Program-made: the position numbers and the translations under genes | Shown here: positions 29,044 to 40,310 of the stretch, piece by piece | Position numbering within the stretch: the first letter of the stretch is position 1 | How the letters are laid out: every line of letters starts with the position of its first letter | Notes under the pieces: model-generated | Told to the model about the DNA's origin: nothing | Database searches by the model: none | The model's input: only the letters and a program-made list of their open reading frames with translations | Origin: a virus | Taxonomy: Duplodnaviria; Caudoviricetes | DNA: 64,000 bases | Reading direction: 5' to 3' (one strand) | Virus record (IMG/VR): IMGVR_UViG_3300020048_003360 | Coordinates: 96,001 to 160,000 of that record

Positions 29044-30570
29044 TTAGACTTTTACAGTTACTTTAAACTGACTAGTTAACCACCAAGCACAGTATTCAAT
29101 CATGCTAATGGCTGCACACTCTCTAACATCTACGTGTGGATTTTCTTTCTTTACACGCTCAATTCCTAAAAGAATACGTCTAGCTTCAGTACGTACAAAT
29201 CTAGAGGCACAGAGTAGTTTCAGAACTGCATCCCATAAATCCTGTAACTCATCTTCACGTAGGTTTGTTAAGCAATCATTAAAAGCTTTTATAATGTTTG
29301 CTCTACTATCTGGACCACCTACTTCATCATCAGATACTTCGACTAATTGTTTATTAAATTCGTGTGATAAAATTTCTTTTGTGCGATTAAATAAACGATT
29401 ACGTTCTACACTAGAGATCAATGTTGCGTGTTTAACCCAAAGTTCTTTTAGAGTAGATGCATTGGCATCAATAGCTGACAATGTGACTTCTTTACCAGCA
29501 CTTAGGGCATTGCCAAACAGTACTTCATTATCACCACCAGCTTCAATCCATTTAGCATATACATCACCATTTACGGTAGTGACACTGCCTTCTACTTTAC
29601 GCACTAGTAATCCAGCTTTGGATATTTTATCTAGTTCATCAAAAGCAATACTGAGTCTATGTGCTGCGTGGTTACGATACTCAATGATGGTTTTGTTATA
29701 TGCATTGAGATTCATTTCTGTATCTGGTAATGGACCATCTTCTAGCTTACGGGCTAGTAGATATACAGCTAGTGCATTATCAATTGCATCTACACTATCG
29801 AATAGAAAAGTCTTAAACGTAATTGGTTCACGTTCATGTAGTTCAGCCTGTTTAATCTGAAATACATTTTCCCAGATATTAATAAAGAATAGATCTCCTT
29901 TACTAGCTACCCATTCTGTGATATCGTCATCTAAGCTTCTAGAACCAGTTTTCATTAACTCAACAATTTCACTAGCAGAAATAGTCGGTAGTTTCATGTT
30001 CATTACTGGAATATCAAATGGTAGATCACTAAACTTACGCACTGCACTTTCTAGATTAGAATTAGTGAGTGGTTTTGGTGGATTATAGACTACCACTTCC
30101 ATGGACATTAATGCCGATGGCGTTAATGTAGCTAAAACTGTTTGAGTTCTAGTAACCAGATTTTCTACAGCTGCAGCTACTACATCTTTAGCAAAGATCA
30201 TATGGTTACGAATAGCTTCACTAGCTACACTAACTACATGATCCATTACTAAGTCATGTTGGCTAGAAATGTTGGGTATTGTTTCTATAGTTGGATCTAT
30301 TTGTTGTAGCTTAAGTTCTGGACTTTTACAATTAGCAATATACTCAATATTTACAATATCTGGAGTATAACAACCTGCTGAGACGCCACCACTACTTCCA
30401 GCAGACCTATCCATACCCTCTGGTACAACATCATTAAAATTTGTATCTGATCTAGTAGCAGCCACAATAGCATCTAGTGGACTACCAGTAACTGGAGTAA
30501 GTATTAAGCCACGACTATCTAAGACCGTAGCTAGGGGTAATGCTGCCTTTAGAGATTCCATTGTTAGCAT
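29044..30570 (-). CDS. Conserved phiKZ-like protein, probably virion head
   Basis: 508 aa, begins MLTMES (x-x-E site); synteny downstream of RNAP beta. Confidence 0.6.
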   Translation of the reverse strand: MLTMESLKAALPLATVLDSRGLILTPVTGSPLDAIVAATRSDTNFNDVVPEGMDRSAGSSGGVSAGCYTPDIVNIEYIANCKSPELKLQQIDPTIETIPNISSQHDLVMDHVVSVASEAIRNHMIFAKDVVAAAVENLVTRTQTVLATLTPSALMSMEVVVYNPPKPLTNSNLESAVRKFSDLPFDIPVMNMKLPTISASEIVELMKTGSRSLDDDITEWVASKGDLFFINIWENVFQIKQAELHEREPITFKTFLFDSVDAIDNALAVYLLARKLEDGPLPDTEMNLNAYNKTIIEYRNHAAHRLSIAFDELDKISKAGLLVRKVEGSVTTVNGDVYAKWIEAGGDNEVLFGNALSAGKEVTLSAIDANASTLKELWVKHATLISSVERNRLFNRTKEILSHEFNKQLVEVSDDEVGGPDSRANIIKAFNDCLTNLREDELQDLWDAVLKLLCASRFVRTEARRILLGIERVKKENPHVDVRECAAISMIEYCAWWLTSQFKVTVKV

Positions 30571-30767
30571 TATTTAACTCCAATATGACCAGCTAAACTA
30601 CTTTGAAACGTAGTCTGTGCTAAAGAATGAATCAACTCACGTGAAAGCGAGCTACCGTTAAATGTGTCAGCAATTTCATTACCAACAATATTGTGCGTAA
30701 TAGCCACCACCAGTTCACTAGCATTAGCTAACGTCACTACCGTTCTTTCTGTTTCGGGGAATCGCAT
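30570..30767 (-). CDS. Small hypothetical protein
   Basis: 65 aa, 1-nt overlap with the next gene, AAGG RBS. Confidence 0.6.
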   Translation of the reverse strand: MRFPETERTVVTLANASELVVAITHNIVGNEIADTFNGSSLSRELIHSLAQTTFQSSLAGHIGVK

Positions 30768-30853
30768 AATGTTACCTTTATCGTTGTTTCAGCAAATGAG
30801 GTGCTGATCATAAAATATAAAATTTATTTATGATCAGCACTATTCAGTAATAA

Positions 30854-31063
30854 CTACTCTTTAAAATACATTGATACTGCTGCTTTTCCTATAACATCTA
30901 AAAGTGTATTTGTAGTGCCAATGAGTAATGGACTCAATACGATTCTATTAGAAATTGATTTCATTCCAAATATTGCTCCTATTTCAGCTCCACTTTCCGA
31001 TAGAATGGGTTCATTATAGACATTACCAAATACAGATTTCATTTGATTACTAAAAACGCCTTT
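30854..31063 (-). CDS. Virion RNAP beta subunit (gp178-like), exon 3
   Basis: Begins KGVFSNQMKSV, completing the conserved GDK motif with exon 2; 69 aa. Confidence 0.88.
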   Translation of the reverse strand, partial: KGVFSNQMKSVFGNVYNEPILSESGAEIGAIFGMKSISNRIVLSPLLIGTTNTLLDVIGKAAVSMYFKE

Positions 31064-32700
31064 CGATATATTCAATATGGTTCGTTAATCCATACCCGCA
31101 GCATTACCTGCAGCTCTAGCTCTCACTAGATGTCCAGACTATATCTTCACCCTCACTATATAGTGATAGGGTGTCTCCTATTTCCACTCACTTGAGTGTA
31201 CTCCCAGCTACGGGATAGTCGTTGAACGTTCTCCATAGAGCAGAGGGTGGTTTACACCACTCTCCATCTTACAGGAGCTTCGCTGCTGATTGTCTCTATT
31301 TGATTCTTTTCAAACCTTCATAATCTCTTTTCAGGATTATTGTGGTGAATCAACTTAAACGAGAGTTTCCAGCAATTAAAGAGAAAACTAATTGATTATT
31401 ACTAATCAATAGGACTATTGTGAGGTATTTCTTCCTTAAATAACCAACCATGGTGAGATTTACCAGAATGAAGTTTTTCTTTTAAGGTTCTTTTATCAAT
31501 CGAGAGATAACCAACTAACTTTCTAATGCTATTAAATTTTAATACTTCAGCTGTATTTAAATTAGTCGCTATAATCTTTCTAGGTGCAGTATAGACAGTA
31601 GATTCATATTCTGCTGGCCATTTATCTTCACACTTTATACGAAAAATATAGTTTTGACAACATTTTGGTTTAGTTGATCGCAATGCATTCAGGATTCTTT
31701 CTTCAGAAATTTTTGTTTCTTTGGTTAGAATCTTAATTGTATTTCCCTCAATTATAGATCCGGTTTTAATATTGTAAGCTTGGTATGGTCCTTTTAAACG
31801 AAGAACCTCATCACGGTTTAATTTTGAGTAATACCACTCACCTGAGTCATCGGCTAACTTTATTTCATATCGATTTAGAAATAAAATTGGAATATTACTA
31901 CTGCCTATGCTTCTAGAGATTTTTTTACTCTTTGACGTTAATCCAATTTTAGATAACGCAAGACCAATTGATGGGAATGATGTTTCTTGTCCAGTATCTA
32001 TATCGCGTACTCTACAAGGAAAATTATCATTCCTAAGACCACTTCTTACAGCATGTAAGTTATTACCTCTTGAAGAAGTCCATTGAAGGTTTCTTAGAGC
32101 ATAATTTAGCTTATTTCCGTCTCTATGGTTAATAAAACAACAGTAACCAGGATTATCGTTTCTAACAAATGCCCTAGCAAGAAGAATGTGCGTACTAACG
32201 CTTCTCCACTTACTCTTATCTGGATCATAAATATTGACGTATGGATACCCATATGGACCTATAGCTTCTTTTAGTGTTCTGCCGGTTTTACGTGACATCA
32301 CTAAACCATCTTTATTTATAATAAACCCAGGAAAGCCGGGTATAAGTCTAAAATCGTCTGGATATTCTATTGGTGTTTTTATCACCATTAAATAACCACA
32401 CTTAAGACCAATGACTTTTGATCTACACTCGATAAAACTAATTTTTGAAACTTCACTGTATGACAAATCAACTTCATAGTGCGCTATTAATCCTAACCAC
32501 CTTTTATTAAGTATCTGGTTAACAGAATCAATTACTATACTTATTAAGTTAGGATCACCATAACAATTGGTTTGATTATTGATATTACAATTACCATCAA
32601 AATCAAACATATATTGTTCATTAAGAAATAATTTTTTTAGCTCCATTGTACTTACTCCATGTTAGTCATAGAATGTACAACAGAACAATACTCACAGTTA
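31064..32700 (-). mobile_element. Group I intron 2 in RNAP beta, 1637 nt, containing an HNH gene
   Basis: 5' exon ends GAT(U); intron ends ...ATATCG before AAAGGC. Core elements TTAATTGCTGGAAACTC (P), CAATCAGCAGCGAAG (Q), GTTCAACGACTAT (R), GAAGATATAGTCTGG (S). Confidence 0.9.
31402..32646 (-). CDS. Intron-encoded HNH homing endonuclease (NUMOD4-like + HNH + NUMOD1-like repeats)
   Basis: IPGFPGFIINKDG...GYPYVNI; HILLARAFV...INHRDGNKLNYALRNLQW...NNLHA; three C-terminal xDxxTG...F.SI repeats. Confidence 0.88.
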   Translation of the reverse strand: MELKKLFLNEQYMFDFDGNCNINNQTNCYGDPNLISIVIDSVNQILNKRWLGLIAHYEVDLSYSEVSKISFIECRSKVIGLKCGYLMVIKTPIEYPDDFRLIPGFPGFIINKDGLVMSRKTGRTLKEAIGPYGYPYVNIYDPDKSKWRSVSTHILLARAFVRNDNPGYCCFINHRDGNKLNYALRNLQWTSSRGNNLHAVRSGLRNDNFPCRVRDIDTGQETSFPSIGLALSKIGLTSKSKKISRSIGSSNIPILFLNRYEIKLADDSGEWYYSKLNRDEVLRLKGPYQAYNIKTGSIIEGNTIKILTKETKISEERILNALRSTKPKCCQNYIFRIKCEDKWPAEYESTVYTAPRKIIATNLNTAEVLKFNSIRKLVGYLSIDKRTLKEKLHSGKSHHGWLFKEEIPHNSPID

Positions 32701-33612
32701 ATCGCCAACTCCTGCACTAACGTCACCAGTAATGTAGAATTTAATATTGAGAGTATCGATAGCTAATGCCTCGCCATCAATACGATAACTCTCATCTACT
32801 TGACCTGTAAAGGCTTTTTTACCAATGGCTTTATTACGCTTAGCTAGTAGTTTATTTGTAGTGGTAGTTAGTTCCCTTAAAGATTGAGACATGTCTTCAA
32901 GATCACCATGATAGAAAATCTCTATCTTTTCTACCACACCAGTAGCTTTTGCTTGTGGTGTCATTGCACTGAGTATGCGTAAAGTATCTATAGATTCTTT
33001 ATCAAACAAATTAGATTCAGCTGACACAGCATCTTCAATGATGCACAAAATATCTTCTGAAGATACATCAGCACCTACTTTTACTAAGTTATGTATGCTT
33101 TGTTTAAAATCTACAATTACGTTCTTTACTTTAGTAGTTTTAGTACTCAGTAGTGCGGCTGTCTTAAGAGAAATAGATGAACAATCCTCAAACGTAGCTG
33201 AGGACTCCATCAGTGCTGTTTTAACAATAATACCTGACTTCATTACTATATTACTGGGATTCAGTAAATCTTTTTCAAAAAAGTTACTATTAAATGAAAT
33301 AATATCACCTTCTTTAAATTTCTGACCTTCTTTCATCTCAGTAATTAGTTGATGCGGTATCGTTAAACCAGCTGCTGATCCAAATCTTCTACCTAATTCA
33401 TAACCTATTTCGCTACCGTCTTCATAGATTACTATAATGCCAGTATCTGTGATTTGTTTTACCTTACCACCGCTAGTGGCTGCTACGGCAAACATATCGC
33501 CAGTACGTTGTGCTATTACCTGTTCATATCCAGTACGCACCATACCTTGTCTATATCCAGCTGCAGCTACTACATGACTATTTTGGATATTTATAAAATT
33601 TACTCTTTTTGG
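32701..33612 (-). CDS. Virion RNAP beta subunit (gp178-like), exon 2
   Basis: PKRVNFINIQ ... TFEDCSSIS ... GVGD; 304 aa. Confidence 0.88.
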
Positions 33613-33953
33613 CGGTTTCTTCAATATGGTTCGTTAATCCATACCCGTGCACTAAAGCACTGCTCTAGCTTTCACTAGATGCCGAGACTATATCTTCACC
33701 TACTATTTAAATAGTTTAGGTGTTTCCTATTTCCACCCACTTGGGTGTACTGGCTGATAAAGCCATAGTCGTTGAACGTTTCTCATACTCTTTGAGGTTA
33801 GAGACTTCGCTGCTGATTGCCCATTGTACTATCTATTTCTTTTCAAACTATCGCATCTATCTTTTCAGATTACGCTGTAGTGAAATAGCTTTAGGGAGTT
33901 CCAGCAATTAAAGAAAATTCAATTAACCATTACTGATTAATCGGACCATAATA
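33613..33953 (-). ncRNA. Group I intron 1 in RNAP beta, 341 nt, no ORF
   Basis: P1 UGAU|UAUUA pairs with UAAUGGUUA, giving U-G at the splice site. P/Q/R/S elements present. Terminal G at 33613 precedes CCAAAAAGA. The junction restores DDPKR (equivalent to RpoB HDDANR). Confidence 0.9.
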
Positions 33954-36900
33954 ATCATCCATATCACTACCTGGTGCATTTAGTGCTGACGTACTCAATA
34001 GAGCAGTGGCACCACTTTCACCTACTGTATATCCCTTAGTCATACCTCTCAAATTAGTAAACTGTGGATCAGCACTGGTAAATGTATTTATAGCTACATC
34101 ACTACTATCTACAGTGGCCTCAGAAATAGTACCCATGTCATTTTTATGGTAGAGTCTAGTGCGTTTTGTCATACTGCGACTATTACGACCACCAGTACCA
34201 CTATAGGTAACAGCTTCAGTTTCTTTTAGATTCTGAATTGGATTAATATCATTTACAGTTACTACTGCCGGATCCTGACGTAGAGACATCCAAACTGCAT
34301 ACGGATTTAACTCAATTTGCTTATTACCCTTACCTGGTTTGGCATTATGCGCTCTAATTGCTTTAACCATTTCTGTATAGACTACACCAGCTACTCTTTC
34401 ATATCCTTTAATACGCATATGGCTGGGATCTAATTCATCTGGATGTTCTTCCGTTAACAGTAGTTCACAACTACGGATTAATAATCCATGGAATGTAGTG
34501 GGTTCTTTCATTTCCCGCAATAGTTCTTTAGTAATTGGATCAATAAACATCTGATACATCAGGTCTATTTCACGCAAATACTTAGTACTAGCACCATCTG
34601 TTTCTAATACATTCAAATAGACACTGGGTTTATCAAAGTCATATACACCATAGTCAATAATTGCTTTATGGTATTCATTGAATCCAGCCAGTATAATTGA
34701 TGCCTTCCTATCGTCTTTAGAAAATACTAGAGTCTCATCACTGAATACTAAAGAATATTCGTGTGATTCTAAATTCACTCTAGTGCCGGTATTCACACGT
34801 CTAGGCACCACACCCAGCAGCTTAATTAACCTACTCAAACCTAACTCATATCCTAAGATAATTCCAATCGGAATCTCTCTACCCATTACCTTAAGTTCAG
34901 CATGATCTACAGGTGCCTTCTTAGCATCTAGACCTAATAGATCTTCAATAGAGCAGAGATCTACCAAATCACCATTATTGCCAGTATATAATGCACCATC
35001 TGAATCCATTACTAAATAAATGTTAGTACCTAATGGACCAATGCCTTTTGTACTAGTAGTGGTATTTAAACCGACTATAATAGCACCATCTTTTTCATAT
35101 GCTTCAATGGCTTCTTTACCATATAGATCTAGACGTTCAGTATGGTCAAAATTAAGAACATATGTAGTTTCTTTACCAGTAATACCACTGTTAGCAGTAA
35201 AGCCCCTAAAGTTTTGAGCCAGTGAATTATACACTCTAGGTGCAGTAAATTGATTATCAAATACATTACCAGTATAGAGTTTAGTAATTGTTAGATTTGT
35301 ATTATCTAAACCCAATACAGTAATATTATTTTTTAACCATTGACAATAGTCATTTACTTTCTTATCACTCCTACTAATAAATGTTTTAGAGTAATAACTA
35401 GTAAGAGCTACGGTATCTGGAGATACCTTTCGTATAGGAAGGTCACCACGTTGCCTTCGTAACTTATACTTAACTCCATTAGACGTGTAAGTGCCGTCAC
35501 TACCAATTACCGGTAACTTATACCTCATTATAGAAGGCATACCTTCTACTGGTTTTACTTTGACAGTATAAAGTTCATAATCGCCCATTACGTCTTCTAC
35601 TACTTCTTTATCATATCCAGTTAATATAACTCCAGCATTCTGAATACTCACTACCATACCAGCAATATCTTTTTCTAATACATTAGAAATGTATTTTTTA
35701 TCAAAGTCATGTAAACTACTCTTTAGCATGCTCTTATCGATAACTGTAGGTATGTCTTTAAAACTATGTGATGATTCTATTTTTAAAGACTCTGGATTTA
35801 CATCAATAAACTTATCTAGAGTTTCCTTTCCATTTGGAGCTACAATACTACGATATGTTTTAGATAGTTCATTGAGTTTTTTATACTCACTAGCTGACAT
35901 CATCCCCATATCTGCCAGTCTATCACATACTCGTAATACACCATCTTCTAGTGTAGGCGCATCTCCTACTATTACTATATCTTCTATTTTATCTCCATCA
36001 TCATTCATGTCACCGTGGTGATTTATAGAGATAGTTTCTAACTCAGATAATTCAGCTTCTATTTCCTTATCTAACTCATCATCAGCAGTAATAGTTTCGT
36101 CTACATCTACTTCAGTTGTATAATCTATTTCCTCACTGCTATCGTCAGTAATCTCCTGACCACTACTTTGAGCAATTATTGCCTTATCTATATCCTTAGC
36201 TATAGTAGTACTATTATTTACTTCTGGTATAGTTACATCTTGTTTTATTACAGTAGTTTTAATAGTATCTATCTTAGATTTCTTAGCTAACTTAGCTGCA
36301 GCTGTTCTCACCTGGAATAGAGCCATCATAAGACGCAGGAAACGCATCTGTAGTTGCTTTGGATCAATACCCTTAGTGTTGGCATCGGGATTGAGTTCTA
36401 GCTCTTCCTTAGTGGCTACACGCCATCTATTTAGCCTACCTAAGTTTACTACAAAAAACTTACCTGACTCTTGAAAAATAATATTTACTTTATCTAATTT
36501 ATCATCTGGTACATTTGCTAATGCAGATTCTTTTCTATCCGGACCTACCCACTTCCACAACTCTAATAGACTTAGACTTTCAGGACTATTAAAGATCTTT
36601 ATGGTTTTTTGAGTAATGCCTTTACTGGCTAATCTTAAGTCAGCAATACTGGGTAAAATATTTGGTAGATTATACAAAATAAACTGATTTCTGTCAACTT
36701 GACCCGCTACTTCGGCTATTTTCTTCCATACAGCAGTTTCAGTATTCCACCATTTATAGTAAGCAGTATAATAAGACCGTAAATATCTATAAAGTCTAGG
36801 AATTACTCCATAATTAAATATAACCAGAGTATTAGCATCTTTACACGCATTAGTTAATTCTCGCATAATCCGAAATCTACGATGCTTAATGTGGTACGTA

Positions 36901-37175
36901 CGTATCATAGTGCCAGACGCTACTGACAATGGTCTGGGGTTACCTTTATTATCTCCATTTTCGATTACATGATCCATCATAATTGGACGAGTAATATTCC
37001 TAAAAATAAACTCATCAGAAGCAGGTCCTACTTCTACTGGAGATACTGTAACATAATGCAATATTGATTGTTTGGGTAATGATAATAGTTCTAAGTTTGT
37101 TAACGGAGGCGACAGCAATTGACCAGCCACCCGTATGCCGTATTTTAAATAAAACTGTTGAAAGTACATACTCAT
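33954..37175 (-). CDS. Virion RNAP beta subunit (gp178-like), exon 1
   Basis: 1074 aa; RRQRGDLPIRK, TYSGTGGR, GTISEATVDS. The spliced product totals 1447 aa. Confidence 0.9.
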
Positions 37176-37186
37176 TTTTAATTCCT

Positions 37187-38806
37187 TTATTTAGTCAAAT
37201 TATGCATGACAAAATTCGTAGTATCGGTTCTAATAGATGACTTTAGTCTTCCATCTACACCTACGTAGGCTTCACGAGACGCTAAATAATTTTTCACCTC
37301 AGCTATAGACTCATCTGAATATAGTGCTGTAGCGCTACATACATCTCCGTCATAATCAGCTACCATGCCTTTTACTTTAGATGGATGTGGTACTAAGGAG
37401 TTTAGATATGATCCGGCTATTGGAAATGAATGCGCTACGTATTGTTTATCCATAACAGACCAGCTCTCTGATAGCTCTTTACGTACTTCAGACTTTACTG
37501 TGGTCCGTACATACATCATACTACAATACGTACTACCTACACCGGCAATTGGATACCTAGTCACAATCACTGGTACGTTTTTCAATCTCACATAGGTAGA
37601 TGCATATAGTAGTTCACAAAACGTCAATGGATATACATCTGACTTATCCATACCCTCTGGTAACTCATCTATATCCTGCATTAGTTTAAAAGTCATATCT
37701 GGACCTTTATATATCAATCCCATATAGTGACCTTCTATTTCCAATGGTAAGTCTCTTAGTCTTTCTTCTTGAAAACTAGTAATGATCTTTTCAATACCTT
37801 CATCTGTCATCCACTTATCAAAATATCTGGTATTCAATACTACATTTTCAGACTTCAGTGTTTTCTTATTTACTAGCTTCACTGGCATATTCGGAGCAAT
37901 AAATACCTTCGATAAGAAACCAGTTTTAATATGGTATCTAGCTACTGGCATTATAGACTTTAATGCCTGATATAATCCCATTACCGTATTGTTTACACCC
38001 ACTGCACCATCACTACCTAAAATAGGCATACTGGTATCCATAGATGTAATTACATTTCTAGTACCATTAAACACTCTACGTGATGCCCATTTACCCAATA
38101 GTAGTTTTTTCTTTCCTTTTACCATATCTATAATCTGGTCATAGATGGCATTAAAAGTCATTTGTAAACCCAATCTACTATTATTTATCAATTCAGTATT
38201 TGATCTTAAATTAGCATCACTAATACCATTACTAATAGATAGTAGTTTTCTATATAGGGTATTTATTTCATCTGTTTCATTCCTACCATCATCTCCAATC
38301 TCCATATCCCTCAATCCAGCAGGCATCACTACTACTTTACTAGTAGTAGCTATTTTTTTATGTTTTTCTATTAATTCAATATTCTGTTCTCTTTCTACAC
38401 TATTGTTTTTCTTAAATACAATATCTTCCCAATATTGCATAAAGTAAGCAAATCCACTCTTACCACTCAATGGATTACTTCTTTCAAAGTCTTTAATTTC
38501 GTCATTCCACAATACATATTCGCTACCATTAATAATTCCACCATATAGTCTTTTTAAATCTACCAATGCATTATAGATTACTGGATGAAATATTGGTACT
38601 TTAATATCGATATAGGAGAATCTACGGTTACGTAATTCATCACCTACCTTACCAAAGATCTCTGGTGAATATAGTCCATCTGGATGAAATACATTTGTAT
38701 TACCTACAAAATCATCTAGAGTAGATATTTTTCTAATACTACGTAATTTCTCAGGAGTTAAGTTAAGTAAAGAAATATTAAATGGTATATCTAATTTAGT
38801 GGACAT
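37187..38806 (-). CDS. Virion RNAP beta-prime subunit with active site (gp180-like)
   Basis: HPDGLYSPEIFG, VMPAGLRD, RRVFNGTRNVIT, TRYP and active-site ADYDGD. Start placed at MSTKL; the upstream start at 38878 is also possible. Confidence 0.9.
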   Translation of the reverse strand: MSTKLDIPFNISLLNLTPEKLRSIRKISTLDDFVGNTNVFHPDGLYSPEIFGKVGDELRNRRFSYIDIKVPIFHPVIYNALVDLKRLYGGIINGSEYVLWNDEIKDFERSNPLSGKSGFAYFMQYWEDIVFKKNNSVEREQNIELIEKHKKIATTSKVVVMPAGLRDMEIGDDGRNETDEINTLYRKLLSISNGISDANLRSNTELINNSRLGLQMTFNAIYDQIIDMVKGKKKLLLGKWASRRVFNGTRNVITSMDTSMPILGSDGAVGVNNTVMGLYQALKSIMPVARYHIKTGFLSKVFIAPNMPVKLVNKKTLKSENVVLNTRYFDKWMTDEGIEKIITSFQEERLRDLPLEIEGHYMGLIYKGPDMTFKLMQDIDELPEGMDKSDVYPLTFCELLYASTYVRLKNVPVIVTRYPIAGVGSTYCSMMYVRTTVKSEVRKELSESWSVMDKQYVAHSFPIAGSYLNSLVPHPSKVKGMVADYDGDVCSATALYSDESIAEVKNYLASREAYVGVDGRLKSSIRTDTTNFVMHNLTK

Positions 38807-39195
38807 AGTCTCAGTCTCTGTGTAATGGGTCATAGCATTGGAGATAGATGTAAATAATCTATTTTTACTATACGGCATAATAGCCTGAAATTATGTCAGG
38901 CTATTATTATGTTTATTCTAAATAATAAAGATTAATTTTCAGTAAGATCGCTTCGCTCACTGTTTGGAACCCCAATCCCCTTAACTAGACTATTTTTTCT
39001 TTATCTTAGAGTATTAGATTAATAGATATAAATATTTAATCACAATCATCTAACGGGAGTGCAGCCTAGGCATGTGACCAGGCAAGATTCACATACGCAT
39101 ATAAAGTATAACTCAAGTATTTTTTATTTTTTAAATAAAGAAAAAAATAAAGATCCCAATACTACAGGATCTCTATTTACTTAAACCAACTAATA

Positions 39196-40068
39196 TTACC
39201 AGCTTATTGGTCTATGATATCCGTACTTCCGTTGTTGCTCAGAAAACCAGGCTGGTGTTACACTATCAGCCATACCAACTACATGGGGTTGATAATTTAC
39301 TACATCATTTCCCCATTTATAAAGTATAGGACCACGTACTATTTTCACATAGGCTCCATATTCCACATTGCGAAATCTATCATAGGTTTTTATAAAATCA
39401 AAAAATTCTATAAAATTTTGAAATTCTGGAGTATTTAGAAATGCTGCAGAATACACAAAATTCCAGCGATGTATATCACCATTTACTACCGGTATCATTT
39501 TCTTTAGCATCTCTGGTATTTTTTGATTAACATTTACAAAAGCAAAAACATTTATATGTATGGAAATTCTAAATTCAATAGGAATGTCATCATTGAGTTT
39601 ACAAATATCTATACTTTGCTCCGCATATCCTCTCACATCTGAAGACTCGTGGTTTTGACCAACAGTACTACTTTTCGCCTCGTCAATCAATGAGCTTAGT
39701 TTTGCTACTTGGTCTTTCAATATCGACCACTGTAACGCAATCTCAACCCTCTTAGTTTCCTCTAAACTAGGAGTGAGATTAAAGTTTTTGTTTGTATTTC
39801 CTTTGATATCGGCCCTTAGGAGTGCTTCCTCGTTTGGATCGATAAAGTCTTTGGTTAATGCTACCACTTTAATATCGCATTTAGACCAATGTCTGTCCAC
39901 CACCATAATTTCTCGGGGACTAGCACTCTCATTAGCACCAATGACAATATCGTCAGGCAACAGATCCTTAGTAGCTATCTTCATTCTGAGGTAGCCTGTA
40001 TCGCTCATAAGCGTTGCGTTTCCCAACTCCACTACAGCTTTTGCGTAAGTCATCTTAATTCCTTTCAT
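39196..40068 (-). CDS. Hypothetical early protein
   Basis: 290 aa; N-terminal domain shared with 40311..40592. Confidence 0.7.
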   Translation of the reverse strand: MKGIKMTYAKAVVELGNATLMSDTGYLRMKIATKDLLPDDIVIGANESASPREIMVVDRHWSKCDIKVVALTKDFIDPNEEALLRADIKGNTNKNFNLTPSLEETKRVEIALQWSILKDQVAKLSSLIDEAKSSTVGQNHESSDVRGYAEQSIDICKLNDDIPIEFRISIHINVFAFVNVNQKIPEMLKKMIPVVNGDIHRWNFVYSAAFLNTPEFQNFIEFFDFIKTYDRFRNVEYGAYVKIVRGPILYKWGNDVVNYQPHVVGMADSVTPAWFSEQQRKYGYHRPISW

Positions 40069-40079
40069 TTAGTTAAAAT

Positions 40080-40262
40080 TTACTGGATAACATCTTTACC
40101 GCTAATCGCATCTACAAATTTCAAGCCATAGGCTTTTATAGTTGGGGCAATACCAGCTATAAATAGATTTCGTTCTTTTAGAAACTCTTGTTTAGCCCGA
40201 AGCCTCTCTAATAAGGCATCTAATTCTTCGATTGAAAGTGTGCTAATATCGCAGTCCATCAT
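40080..40262 (-). CDS. Small hypothetical early protein
   Basis: 60 aa, GAGGA RBS; LSIEELDALLERL helix. Confidence 0.6.
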   Translation of the reverse strand: MMDCDISTLSIEELDALLERLRAKQEFLKERNLFIAGIAPTIKAYGLKFVDAISGKDVIQ

Positions 40263-40310
40263 GATATTCCTCTACTATGGGATCCAGAATCTTTCTGGAT
40301 CCCTAGTTTG

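Noticed and set aside
29102-29860. 252-aa plus-strand ORF
   Set aside because: Wholly antisense to the 508-aa conserved gene; Ser/Leu-rich shadow translation.
32590-32615. DFDGN in the HNH N-terminus resembling the RNAP DFDGD motif
   Set aside because: A five-residue match in an Asn/Asp-rich segment, lacking the third Asp and surrounding context; likely chance.
30854-37175. RNAP beta as a pseudogene, frameshifted gene or three separate subunits
   Set aside because: The gaps contain full group I cores, and U|...G| junctions restore conserved motifs in frame.
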